Assembly (NCBI RefSeq): GCF_036365525.1
Contig: NC_090379.1
Coordinates: forward strand, 48,912,329-48,976,328
DNA from: Heterodontus francisci
Lineage: Eukaryota
Direction: 5' to 3'
DNA length: 64,000 nucleotides
The notes under the pieces were generated by a model, which saw only the letters and a list, made by a program, of their open reading frames with translations, was not told where the DNA came from and made no database searches. Shown here in pieces: positions 12,695 to 25,465 of the stretch. The translations under genes were made by a program, and so were the position numbers. The first letter of the stretch is position 1. Each line of letters begins with the position of its first letter.

Positions 12695-13010
12695 TATTTA
12701 TTCATAGGATGTAAGTGTTGTGGCAACTAGGAAATTTATTACCTATACCAATTGCCTTCTTCAACTCGCTACCAATTGCCTTCTTCAACTCGCTGAAGTC
12801 CATGTGGCAACAGTGGTATTTTGACCCAGCAACAGTGAAGGAATGGCAATATACGTTCAAGTCAGACTAATGTATGACTTGGAGGTGATGGTGTTCCCAT
12901 ATACTTGCCGCCCTTGACCTTCAAAGTGGTGGAGGTCACAGGTTTGACAAGTGCTGCCAGAGAAACCGTGGCAAGTTGCTGCAGTGCATCCTGTAGAGAG
13001 TAGATGCTAG
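12695..13010 (-). mobile_element. Old 3' fragment of the second CR1-group LINE
   Basis: Similar to 45000-45300; contains a 24-bp tandem duplication at 12746-12793. Confidence 0.6.
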
Positions 13011-16000
13011 CGATGGGAGGGTTGCAATTCCTCAGTCTACATACAGAGATTTAACATGAATTTAAATATTCAGCATCTGATGTTTTGAAAACAGATTTGC
13101 ACATTTAGCTCAATGCTGCTCTTTGAAGTTTGGCTAGAAACTCAGTACATCCTTGCAACACAACTGACTTCCTTGAGCTACAATTTAGGCAAGGGTAACA
13201 ACTAAAATGCTTTTTCAAATATTACTCTATTATTCCTATTTAGCAGAAGTACTAAATAAATTACATTGTAATTATATACTGATGCATTGCAACATTCCAT
13301 TAACTGTTATTTTTGACAAAAGAACTGTGTCCAAGAAAGCCACAGGATTTATCCCAAGTACTTGAGTTGAAAAGTATATGCCTTTAATTGATTTTTAAGC
13401 AATTAAAATACCACAATCCTATTAACTTATCAATTCAAAAAATAACTTACAATGCTAATCTGTAACATTTAAATACGCTTAGTTACCATGACTCTCTAGC
13501 ATGACAATATTATTTAAATAAAAAAACTTTATGTTGATGATAAACGTGATTACAGAAACAATTTCTATGACTTTTAGAAATATTTAAATTCTAATTGGAA
13601 ATAGCATGCAGGATGAAATTGATAGAATTTATATTATAGACTAAAATGATAATGTAAAAAGCAACAACATAAATATAATCATCCCATAAAGTAACAGGTC
13701 GAGTAGTCATTGACCAAAATCCAAGTGAAATGTTCAATAAGAAACTATATTTGCACAAATTTAGACATGCATTCTTTTAAATCTATTGGTAATTGCTAAC
13801 ATTTAAAAAGGATGTATTGCAACATCAATTGAGCAAATCTTAACTGTTAATTCTGGTTTGCCAGCTCAGAAAAAGAGAATTTATTTTTTCCAAAAACAAC
13901 CCTTTGACAAGAAAATTGCTGTAACTCAAATTAATTTTACAAAGCTGATGTAATTTATATAATTTTTTTAGAGATTGTATTTAAACTGTCCATTTCTATT
14001 AAATCCATCCAACTGATATGAGAAAATGATAATAAAGTTGATACATTCATAAAAATTGCAACACAAGTAATACTTCCCATGAGGCAGGGCAGGTTTGGCC
14101 ATCTCAACCAGATGTACTAGTGGTCCTTGGTACCTTCTTGCATCCAGTTACAAAAGATGCTGGTAGGAGTCTGTGACAAGGCCATATAATCTGCTCTCTC
14201 ACCAACACCCCCTCCTTAATTACAAAGTCATCAAGTTAAGCAATGAAGAGAATAAATTATTGAAGGAGGAAAAAATAAACAAATACCTCCGTTGTAATAG
14301 TTGGAAATTTTGAAAAACACGTGACAAAAGAAACAATAAATAAAATCCACAGATGATACTCACCATTTGGATGTTGAATTTAACCATTATGTAAAAAGAA
14401 ACAAAAGCTATACTGCAGCTACCCGAATCAATTGTTGCAGATTTGTGTTTGTCACTATAATGCTCCGATAAAAATTTAAGCTACACTCAAACGTTATTCT
14501 AAATGCAGTCTGTGTTTAGGTTTTGAAGTGTATTGATTCATTAAAAAACCAAGGTGTTTAAAGATATATCTTCAGCGATTACACACCGTACATATTTTCT
14601 TTGATTAATAAATGAGAATTTTTTTTAAAGTGTAATAATTTTGAAAAGACACTGCTGCTCAGTTTAGCTAATTCGTATTAAAAATAATGAACATTTCAAA
14701 TTCATCAAAGTCTTTTAAATTCAATGTTGTAGGATTGATATGGAAGCTGTATATTTTTGCCCACCTGCAGCCTTACTACATTTTCCAGTATGAGAGGCTC
14801 CTTATGATAGCTGTTTCTCCATTTTATCCACTGATATGGTGAATAAACTGTGTTAGGAGCATCAAGAACTGTTATTTATAGCAATGTAGAACAACAATAC
14901 ACTTGGATCAAGATGAAGACAAACTGCAAGAGCAAAACTTAAGCAGTTAATCACTTCTGACATATTGCTCTCATTAAAAATAAGTAACTTGTTATTCTTT
15001 ACAATATGTACAACTGGAGGTTGTGGGTGGTGGCATGAATGCCAAGCTATTGCAACTGAATGCTTTGATTTGAACTGCAGGCATATTCAGTTTAATCTCA
15101 CTCTGCATTAGAGATAGAGCATACCTTATGTATGTTGTATGACGGAACATCAACTCTCACAAAAACAAAACAAAAACTTAAGAGTCTTAATACAAATCCT
15201 TACTTTATATTAAAAGCCATTTGACTTATTTGTTTTTGACAGGGAAGACGACACAACATTGACTAAGTCTATAAGCTTGTGATCATAAATGCCAATTAAT
15301 ATTGCTCAATTTGCTGCAATGCCCTCATCCATTCCAAATACCAGCAATGCTAACAGCCATAATTCTCAACACATAATAAAACCTGTATTACTGATAAATG
15401 ATACTGTAGGTTTAGTCCACATACAAATTTTTTTTTGAATGAGTCAATATTTAATCGCATCTATACAAATCGTTAAAAGATAATTAAGGAAAATGTATCA
15501 TCTATTTCTAGATACAGTAGAACTCAACGGGGGACATACTGATACTTAAATTATTTGATATAACGGATTTAACCAGCCAGTATCTTTTGTGGGGTGGGGA
15601 CAGCCATAATGTATAGTGTTATATTAATTTAAATATGGCCATTAAATTTAATGATTAAATATGAAATAAGGTGCTTCTGGTTTCTTTCTATCAATTAAAC
15701 TGTATGATTGATCTACTCAACCTTGGGTCTCATCCTTCAGATATCAGTCACCAATGTGGCGAAAGGTGTATATTTTGATTCATTGTTGCGTGATGTATAT
15801 ACATTTCAATTACTAGTGTGCTATAAAATATTGGAGTCGCTATCAGGTTATGGACAGAATAAATCCCTAGTTTATCAAAGTTCCCTTGCTGAAGGAGCAG
15901 CGCAAGATAATTGTGTCCCTTTCTTCCCCAATCCCAATCCTTGTTTAAAATAGCCTGTCAACTTCCATATTTTTAATAAAAATTGAAACATTATGACCCA

Positions 16001-17177
16001 AATATATTAAACTCTCCTTTACCTTTATTGAGTATTATTTGGTATCACTTAAACTGCACTTTGATGAAGTACAGTTGCCCATATGGAATCTCCCTACAGA
16101 GTTATAAAGCATCTACACACACCCATGGCCAGACTCTCAAAAATAATGGAAAGATTATCAAGCGCAGTGTGCAAATGTTTGACAATATATTCTCCAAATA
16201 CAGGCACCCAATACACTTAAAATCATAGTGAGATTAGAGAGTCTTTACCAATGACATTCATCAATTATTTTACCTTTGCAATAATCTATCACTTTTGAAT
16301 GCTATTTCTTTAATACAGATGTGGTCTTAGGAGAAAGCAGTAGACCAGTGGGACAACGTGGTAGTATGCTATGCATGAACTATATCTAAATTCGACTGTC
16401 AGCTATGGAATGTGACTCGAATTTCTCTTTGGCAAGCGCAGCTTACTTGTTGCATTGCTCAGTTCCTTTAAGATTACTGCACGGCCACACATATCTTAAA
16501 GGGAATGTTGCTTGTGCACAGCTTGTTTGTTCCCTGGGCTGTACATTCTGGGTAGCTACGTTGGCCGCACAAACATGCGGGAGGGAACGCTGGAGACTAA
16601 TTTTAATTCAATGTCAAATATAAATAAAATGCACAACCCACAAAAAGAAAAAAAATACATAAATCAATAGTTCCAGCATCCCATATTGACTACTCATTGC
16701 CTGTGAAATGTTTGTAGCTATAGGCCCAGTCTTCTCAGCTAACATCTTGGATATGAACCCCAAGCAAATATAAATGGGTTGAAAACCAGCATAGTATATA
16801 AACACAGGGGTCTAAATTCTTCAATATTTTAGCCATAACATCTCTAATTACAATTTACTGCCTTGCTTTGACATTGTTTCCAACAAAGAATACATCTTGG
16901 CTGAAGTCTTAATGGCGCTATAATGAAATACCAAAAATACCATCATAGCGTTCATTACATTACTATCCCGACGGTAAGGAAAACTTACTGTTTAATTATT
17001 TTCTTTGAAATTTTGAAAAGTCTAGTTAAATCAATTACTTTAGCTTATGATATGGATTTTAATCTGCCTGAAATTGTTAAATATAGTAGCCTGAACAATT
17101 CTTATAAGTTACTGCAAATAGTGCAAAGCATGAGTCACAAAGGCACAAATGCTATACTTCATGCACTGAACTGCTAT

Positions 17178-18524
17178 TCAGTATTCCCATTCATCTGTTT
17201 TCATGTCTAGGTAATTCAGAATATTCTGGGCAAATTTCACTGCTTGTTTTCTGGCAACTTTAGCACCATCATTCCCTTGGGTTTCCACAGCATCAAGTGC
17301 TAGGAGTTGCTTTGTGAGCATTTCTTCCAGTCTCATGTAATTCTTGTCAGTTCTGTCTCCATCAAATGACAGCACCTGCTTCTGAAATTCTGACAAATGG
17401 CTCAGGACTTGCCACACAGCTTTCTGTGAAGGATGTTCATCTCTCAACTGCTCTTTCATGTTCTCTCTCTTTCCAAGCGATTCCTTCAGGTCAACATAAG
17501 CTATTACAGCTTGCACATCAACTACAGATCTTCTCCTAGCTTCACGAATACATGGATTTTTGCCAATGTCTACCTTATCTAAATCGGTGAGAAAACTTTG
17601 CAGTTCAGCCTTTGGTTTGAAATGGAGATCAGAGGCATTTTCTAACTGCAGCAGCTGTTGTTTTAATTGTGTCGTCTTCTGGCGTATTTCTTCTATCTGT
17701 TTGATGGATTGATTTTGTGCTAGATCATAACGCCCTGCAGACTCTCCCTCTGATTCCATCTCCAAGTGTTCTAGTAAACAATTGATTTCATGCACCACAC
17801 GTTTCCGATAGTTTCTCACCTCCGAGTGTCCAGCCACGTCTACAGCATCCAATTGCATTAACAACCCCGTGAGGACACGGGACAGATGTGCGCAGTTCTC
17901 TAAGGCATTCAGGTTCATCAGCAGGCCAATCACATCCCATCTTGCTTTGCTAACCTCACACAAAACAGAGTTGATCTTGGAAACAGAAGGGTGTGTATTT
18001 GTGGACAAAGGCAAAGATAATGCTTGCCGACCAATGCAGTTTTCAATGATGTCTTGCACTGCACAAATCCTTGTCAAAGCTCGATATCTAGCTTTCCTCA
18101 AGCTAATTTTTCCTCCTGTTTTTACCTGTGTCAGTTGAAATATAATTTCTTGGATGCGATCGGCAAATTCCTCAGTTATCAAGCCCTCAGCTGAAGATAA
18201 CTCATTGGTAACCAACTGTTGTGCATCACCGAAGATTTTTTCCACCTTCAGCCGAGATGGGTGAGTTGCAATTTGTTCTAGCTCTTTCAGCAGTTCCTCC
18301 ACATCCTTCACTGCACTTTTGCGGCCATGCTGGATATCAGACTTGCCATCAGTATCTACTGCATCTAACTCAAACAGCAACTTGGTCAAAGTGCTCTCCA
18401 GGCGCTTGTATTCTCTATCAGACTGCGTACCACTGAACAAAACTACGAGTCGCCTAGATTCATGGATTTCCTTCTGAATTTCTTGGATTCTAATCATGGA
18501 AGGATGTTGTTGACCCATGGCCAT
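17178..18524 (-). CDS. BAG5: BAG family molecular chaperone regulator 5 (448 aa, single coding exon)
   Basis: Intact ORF with repeated BAG domains. MAMGQQHPS start, KTGGKISLRKARY, KNPCIREARRR and the C-terminal LDMKTDEWEY match vertebrate BAG5. Splice acceptor TTTCAG at 18557-18562 (minus). Confidence 0.98.
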   Translation of the reverse strand: MAMGQQHPSMIRIQEIQKEIHESRRLVVLFSGTQSDREYKRLESTLTKLLFELDAVDTDGKSDIQHGRKSAVKDVEELLKELEQIATHPSRLKVEKIFGDAQQLVTNELSSAEGLITEEFADRIQEIIFQLTQVKTGGKISLRKARYRALTRICAVQDIIENCIGRQALSLPLSTNTHPSVSKINSVLCEVSKARWDVIGLLMNLNALENCAHLSRVLTGLLMQLDAVDVAGHSEVRNYRKRVVHEINCLLEHLEMESEGESAGRYDLAQNQSIKQIEEIRQKTTQLKQQLLQLENASDLHFKPKAELQSFLTDLDKVDIGKNPCIREARRRSVVDVQAVIAYVDLKESLGKRENMKEQLRDEHPSQKAVWQVLSHLSEFQKQVLSFDGDRTDKNYMRLEEMLTKQLLALDAVETQGNDGAKVARKQAVKFAQNILNYLDMKTDEWEY

Positions 18525-19359
18525 ATTCCCTTTTTCCCTAATGAGTCATAGTGGGTCTGAAATTGAAGCAAAACATGGTGGTCAGGGATCACTTCTTGGC
18601 ATCAAACCTAAACTTTATTGATTATTGCTTCCAGATTAAAGTGCTGGTAGGAGGAGGACCTGTAAATTGGCTTCTGTTCCATCTCTACATTCAGTAGATG
18701 CTACAATAAATGCTGCTTTGCTCAGACAGAAATTGCAACAGACAATTAATTATACCTAGTACTCGAATCCAGCAAGTCAAGGCAAAATGCGGAGGCAAGC
18801 CCAACAAATTTCTGTGGCAATAAAATCTAGATTTTGCAGCAAGTTTATCCAGGATTTTAAAACATCACAAATGCAGTGCCAATGAAGAAAGGTGGCCACT
18901 GCTGAGGCTGCAAGGATAAGAGTGCGCCTCCATTTTGAGGCACCCTCACAGGTGAGTTAGAAAACTTTTCTCTGTCAGTGCCAGGCAGGCAGGCCCTGGC
19001 AATTGAAGGGAGACCACCTCCAGTGGTGATGTTGGGGCAGGCTTTGCTGCCGGGGCCTCCTCCTTGGGCCATGGAGCCTCCGGATGCAATGGCAAACCAC
19101 ACCCCCCCCAGCCCAGAGGAAGCTGCCCTCCATGCAGCTGATGCTACTCCACCACAGAAGATGGCTCTTAATATTGTGCCTTTAATTGGCTAAATTCACC
19201 ATCTGCTTCCAGTCAGTAGGCAGCCGGGCTGCTGCCATTCCAGCTGCTGGTAAAATGGCCTGGCAACTGGACCTGCGTGGAGAGCCCCACGAGGTGGCAC
19301 TTTACCACCCGCCCCCCCCCTCTCTCCCCCTGCCATTTCCTAGCCCATCACCCAGGGGC

Positions 19360-19480
19360 CAAAAACAGAAAATACTGGAAATACTCAGCACAGTTCTGAT
19401 GAAAGGTCATCAACCTGAAATGTATTTTTCCTCTCTTCAAAGATGCTGCCAGATCTGCTGAGTATTTCCAGCATTTTCTG
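19360..19480. mobile_element. Penelope-derived short repeat with a hammerhead-like core
   Basis: CTGATGA at 19396 followed by AAGGTCATCAACCTGAAA; inverted arms CTGGAAATACTCAGCA / TGCTGAGTATTTCCAG. Confidence 0.7.
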
Positions 19481-20050
19481 AAAAGTGGAGAAGTTATGAT
19501 AAATGTATAGAATCTTGGCCAGATCACACTTGGAGTACTATAGAGGCACTGAACAGGTGCAAAAAAGATTTACTAGAATGATAACTTGACAGGTCATACC
19601 CACCAGGAAAGACTGAACGGATTGGAGCTCTTTTCCTCTAGAAAAGAGAAATTTGAGTGGTGGGGGGGGGGGGGGGGGGGGGGGGGGGTTGATCTGATAG
19701 AGGTCTTTTGAGATTCTCAAAGGGTTTGATAAGGTAGACTTAGAGAAGATTTTTTAATTTGTGAGGGCCATAAATACAAGACAGTCACTAATAAAACAAA
19801 TAAGGAATTCTGAGAAACTTCTTTACCCAGTGTGATTAGAATATGGAACGTGCCATCACAGGAGCAACTGTGGCAACTAGTATAGATGCATTTAAGGGGA
19901 AATTAGATAAATACAGGAGTGAGAAAAGAATAGGTTATAATGACATATAGATGATATAGGGTGGGAGGAAGCTTGCATGGAACATAAACACAGGCATGGA
20001 CCTGCTGGGCTGAATGGCTAGTTTCTGTTCTGTTAATATTTTGTAATACT
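19481..20050 (+). mobile_element. CR1 LINE 3' fragment
   Basis: Degenerate CR1 ORF2 C-terminus and 3' UTR; contains a 27-nt G run. Confidence 0.7.
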
Positions 20051-20059
20051 GTGTGGTTT

Positions 20060-23000
20060 CTCTTTAACAAATCCTTGCTGGCTCTCCAGTATTAACCCAT
20101 GAATTTCCAGGTAAGAATTAATTTTGTTCTTGTCAATTGTCACCACTAGTCTAACTGCCACTGGCGTTAAGACTGATTGACCTGTAGTTACCAGGATTAT
20201 CCCTCTCCCCTTTTTTGAACAGGAATATAATATTTGGAATCCTGCAGCCCTCTGGAACCACTCCCATATCCAAGAATTGAAAGGTCATTATCAGAGCTTC
20301 TGCTATCTGTATCCTAACTTTCCTCAGGAACTTAGGATGCATCCCATTTGGACTAGGTGACTTGTTAACTTTGTGTGACACCAGCCTATTTAGAAACTCC
20401 TTTCCAACTATTTTTATCCTATCCGATATCGCCTCCATTGTAATATTAACTCCATTCTTTTCTTTTGTAAAGACAGATGCAAAGTATTCATTCAGCATCT
20501 CAGTCATGCCCTCTGTTCCAAATTGACTCCACCATTCCTTTAAATATCCTTTTACCTGTTCATAGAATCATAGAAATTTACAGCACAGAAGGAGGCCATT
20601 CAGCCCATCCTGTCCCTACCGGCCAACAAGTAACCATCCAGCCTATCCTGTCCCTACCGGCCAACAAGTAACCATCCAGCCTAATCCCACTTTCCAGTTC
20701 TTGGTCCATAGCCTTGAAGGTTATGCACTTCAAATGCATATTCAAGCACTTTTTAAATGTTATGAAGGTCGCTGCCTCTGCTACCCTTTCAGACAGTGAG
20801 TTCCAGATCCCCACCACCCTTTGGGTGGTGAAAGAATTTTCCCTCAAATCTCCCACCTCTTATCTTAAATCTATACCCCCTGGTTATGGACCCCTCAACT
20901 AAGGGAACAGGGCCTTCCTATCCACTCTATCTAGACCCCTCATAATTTTATACACTTCAGTTAGGTCTCCCCCCAGCCTCCTCTGTTCCAAAGAAAACAA
21001 CCCTAGCCTATCCAATCTCTCCTCATAACTAAAATTCTCTAGTCCAGGCAACATCCCCGTAAATCTCCTCTGCACCCTCTCTAGTACATTCACATCTTTC
21101 CTATACAGCGGTGACCAGAACAGCATGCAGCACTCCCGCTGTGGCCTAACTAGTGTTTTATATAGTTCCAGCATTACCTCCCAACTCTTACATTCTATGC
21201 TTCAGCTAATAAAGGCAAGTATCCTGTAAGACTTCTTGACCAATTTATCTATCTGTCCTGTCACATTCAGAGATCTGTGGACATGCACTCCAAGGTCCCT
21301 CTGTTCTGATACGCTTCTCATTATCCTACCATTTGTTGTGTATATGTTTGTAAAATATTTTTGGGTTCCCCATTATGTGTCAGCCGTGGCTCAGTTGGTA
21401 GAATTCTCACCGTTGAGTCACAAGGTTGTGGGTTCAAGTTCTACTCCAGGACTTGAGCACAAAAATCAAGGCTGACACTCCAGTGCAATACTGAGTGCTA
21501 CACTGTTGGAGGTGCCATCTTTTGGATGAGACATTAAACTGAGGCCCTGTTTGCCCTCCTAAGTGGATGTAAAAGATCTCGTTGCACTATTTTGAAAAAT
21601 TATTTATCCCTCAATCAACATTACAGAAACAGATTATCTGGTCATTATCACGTTGCTGTTAGTAGCTTGTTGTGTGTAAATTGGCTGTCACATTTCCTCC
21701 ATTACAATAGTGACTACATTTCAAAAGTACTTCATTGGCTGTAATGCACTTTGGGAAGTCCTGTGGTTTTTCTGACACTATATAATTGCAAGGATTTTTT
21801 TTTACCCAGTAATCTCTTTTCCCAGTGTCCTTTATGTATCCTTTTGCAATTTTTCCCTGCACTTTATTTTTCCTGATTTTCAACTGTGTTTAGTACCCAA
21901 CATTTGTCATGAACCTCCTTTTTCTCTTTTATTTTAACCTCCATTTCCTTCGTCATTCAGGGAGCTCTAGCTTTGTCTTCCCCATCATTCCTCCTGATGG
22001 GAATATATCTGCCTTGTACCCAAACTATTTCCACCTTGAGGCCTGCCATTGCTCAGTTACTGTTTTTTTGGACAATCTTTGTTTCCTGTTCACCTGCGCT
22101 AGATCCCTTCTCAATTCACTGAAATTGCCTCTCATCCAGTTGTGCATTTTAACTGCTGATTTTACTCCTTTCCAAAACTACTTTAAACTTAATTATATTA
22201 TGATTGCTATTATCTGGATATACTCCCACTGCAACACATTCCACCAGCCCAGTTCATTCCCCAGAACTGGACCCAGCACTGCTTCTTTCCTTGTTGAGCT
22301 AGAAACATACAGATTAAGAAAGTTCTCCTGTACACGTTTTAGGTATTCTTCCCCAAACTTGCTCTTTACTCTTCTTTGAGTCAATATTGGGGTAATTGAA
22401 GTTCCCTATTACTGCTCTATTCTTTTTCACATTTCTCTGAAAGTTTCCTATAGATTTGCTTTTCTATCTCCTTCTCACTATCTGGCATTGGGTGGGGGCG
22501 GGGGGGTCTATACTAAACATCCAGCAATGGAACAGTTCCTTTTCAGTTCCTAACTCTAACCAAATAAATTCAGTCTTTGAACCCTCTAGTATATTGTTCT
22601 TCTGTAGAACTGATCCTTGATCAATACTACCACCATGCTATCCACCACCCCATGCCTATATTTCTTCCCTATTCCTCCTGAATAAACTGTAGCCAAGAAT
22701 GTTGTTTCCATTACTGTCCATGTTTAAGCCAGGTCTCCATTACTGCCGCCATATAAACCCAAGTGGCAATTTGCCCTTGTAGCTCATCAGCCTTATCTGT
22801 AACAGTCCTCACATTCACACACACACCGACACATTCCAACATCATGTCAAATTAGTTTGAATCCTTCCCCCATGGCACTAGTTAACCTCCCCTTGAGAAT
22901 ATTGGTCTCAGCCTTTTTCAGGTACAAACAGTCCAACTTGTATTGGTTCCTCCCATCCCAGAACTGATCCCAATGCTCCAGGAATCAAGAGCCCTCCTTC

Positions 23001-23240
23001 CTGCACCACTTCTCCAAGTACACATTCACCAGCACTATCCTCCTACTCACTAGCATGTAGGACTGGAAGCAATCCAGAGACTAGCAGCTTTGTGATTCTG
23101 TCCTTTAACCTTTTTTCCTAGCTCCTGAAACGCTGCCTTTAGGACCTCTATCTTTTTCTTACCTATGTAATTGGTTTCAACATGAACCACGACTTCTCAC
23201 TGTTATCCTTCCCCTTGGGGAATGTCCTGCACCCGTTCAT
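20060..23240 (-). mobile_element. Cluster of CR1 LINE fragments (RT, endonuclease and upstream parts)
   Basis: Minus-strand ORFs LNEYFASVFTKE..NPGNYRSISL, LELYKTLVRPQ and EEYLKRVQENFL. Confidence 0.8.
21377..21795 (+). mobile_element. Deu-domain SINE (SacSINE1-like)
   Basis: tRNA-like A/B boxes (GTGGCTCAGTTGG, GGTTCAAGT), core GGAGGTGCCATCTTTTGGATGAGACATTAAACTGAGG and a LINE-derived tail. Confidence 0.75.
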
Positions 23241-23433
23241 TCTGTAGCAATGAAATCAGAATAAAACTGTTAAAGCTGTATAGTGCTCTTGTCAGGGAAC
23301 ATATGGGAGCACTGTGACCAGTGTTTGTTTCCAATGCAATTATGCTCTGTTGTACTGTTGAGAAGAGCCATGAGGCTGATCCCTAGTGTTAGAGAATTGA
23401 ATAAGAAAAGGAAGGAGAATCTTGAATTTCAGC

Positions 23434-23571
23434 TTGAGCCTATGGTCTCTTGTATTTTCATAGCAAACTTTGAAGTAAAGCTTCTAATTTACTTTATACC
23501 ATTTAGTACCTAGCATCGTAAACGCATTACTTCAAAGTTTGCTATGAAAATACAAGTGAGCATAGGCTCAA
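23434..23571. repeat. Inverted repeat with 45-bp arms and a 48-nt spacer
   Basis: 23434-23478 matches the reverse complement of 23527-23571 with 2 mismatches. Confidence 0.9.
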
Positions 23572-23907
23572 AATGATCAAAAACAAATTTAGAACAGGTC
23601 AGCAAGTTTTATCTGCAAAGAATGATTAATATTGGAATGTATATCAGGGTAGGACAGTGGAGGGAAAAACCTTGGGGTCATTTAAGAGACAGGAGGGTGC
23701 CGTGATTGGGGATTTATTTTTTTATATGAATCAACTAAGATGGGCCAAATAGCCTTTTTCATCAGATATATCTTAGGATCTTGTGATGTAATTTGCAACA
23801 AATTTTCTACAAATGTGTAGAAACAATAATGACATGCAATTATATTGAATATTCTCATCAGTTAAAGTGCAAAATCTAAGCTTTCAAAGTAATACTTCAG
23901 CATTCTG

Positions 23908-24251
23908 TTTCAGTTTAGTTTTAGTGATACAGCACTGAAACAGGCCCTTCGGCCCACCGAGTCTGTGCCGACCATCAACCACCCATTTATACTAATCCTA
24001 CACTAATCCCATATTCCTACCACATCCCCACCTTCCTTATATTCCCCAACCACCTACCTATACTAGGGGCAATTTATAATGGCCAATTTACCTATCAACC
24101 TGCAAGTCTTTGGCTGTGGGAGGAAACTGGAGCACCCGGCAAAAGCCCACAGGGAGAAGTTGCAAACTCCGCACAGGCAGTACCCAGAATTGAACCCGGG
24201 TCGCTGGAGCTGTGAGGCTGCGGTGCTAACCACTGCGCCACTGTGCCGCCC
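23908..24251 (-). mobile_element. HE1-type V-SINE
   Basis: Full-length copy. Confidence 0.9.
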
Positions 24252-24402
24252 CATGTTTGCCTACATGCCGCTGGTATATGATGACATACGTCATTTACTT
24301 TTAACTATATTAAGCTTCTGCAGACATTTTAAAATCTTCTGCAATGAAGGCAGTGAATTGTTTTGGGGTATGTTTCCATGGGCAGGACCCACCCTCTGAT
24401 AC

Positions 24403-24832
24403 CATGTCCAAGTGAGCCTTAGCTCACTGGGAGAACTTTAGCCTATGGCAGGTGATGATGGATTCAGGTCCCAATCTGGAGACTTCAGCACATAATCTAG
24501 GCCGGCATTTCAGCACAGTACTGAGGGAATGCAATGATGAAGTGCCATCTTTTTGATAAGACATTAAACTAAGATTTCATCTGATTCTCAGATTCACACA
24601 AAACATCCCACTGCACAATTCAAAGTGTGGAAGTTCTTCCAGTGTCCTGGCTAACATTTATCCCTTAATCAATATTAAAACTGATCACTATCATTGCTTT
24701 GTGGGAATTTGGGTGTGCAAATTAGCTGCCACGTTTGCCTACATGACAATAACGACAACATTTCAAATGTATTTCATTGGCTGTGAAACCCTTTGTGACA
24801 TCCAAGGATGTGAAAGATGCTACATAAATGTA
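24403..24832 (+). mobile_element. Deu-domain SINE, diverged
   Basis: GTGCCATCTTTTTGATAAGACATTAAACT core and TTCATTGGCTGTGAA tail. Confidence 0.65.
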
Positions 24833-25197
24833 ATATTAGTCACAGAAGTGAGTAGTGGCAAAATATTGCAGGCATTAGGGTCATGTTAAATCCTTCTGTC
24901 ATTCACATTTTTCAGCAGGAATCACTGAACAGGCATCATGAACAGCTGATTTTTCTACTCTCTAACCCAGTGACACAGATGCCAATTGAAGCATCCTCTA
25001 TCATGGCCCCAGATAAGATCAGCTCACTCAGCAAGAGTTACAAAACCTGGGCGTTTCTTAGCCTGTATTGCTCAGTCCCACACTAAGTCATGAGGGAGTG
25101 CCCAGTGATATTATTACTGCATTAAGTATAGAATCTACAGCATCAATAGCATACGTGAAAACTGATGCATAAAGTTACTATATGCAAGTAACATTAA

Positions 25198-25465
25198 CGC
25201 CACACATGCCAGGCAATAGCCATCTCCAACAAGAGAGAATCTAGCCTTCTCTCCATGACATTCAATGGTATTACCATTGTTGAATCCCCCACCATCAACA
25301 TCCTGGGGGTCACCAGTGACCAGCTACATAAATACTGTGGCTACAAGCACAGGCCAGAGACTGGGAATTCTATGGCTCAACACCATCTTCTCAAGGGCAA
25401 TTAAGGATGGGCAATAAATGCCAGCCTTGCCAGGAATGGTCACATCCCAAGAACGAATAAAAAAT
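25198..25465 (+). mobile_element. Second CR1-group LINE fragment
   Basis: Matches parts of 37300-37460 and 37940-38020. Confidence 0.7.

Noticed and set aside
20607-20682. 38-bp tandem duplication (also 24 bp at 12746-12793)
   Set aside because: Simple local duplications inside LINE fragments, with no spacers.
21380-21455. tRNA-like sequence with A and B boxes
   Set aside because: It is the head of a SINE and continues into the SINE body; not a tRNA gene.
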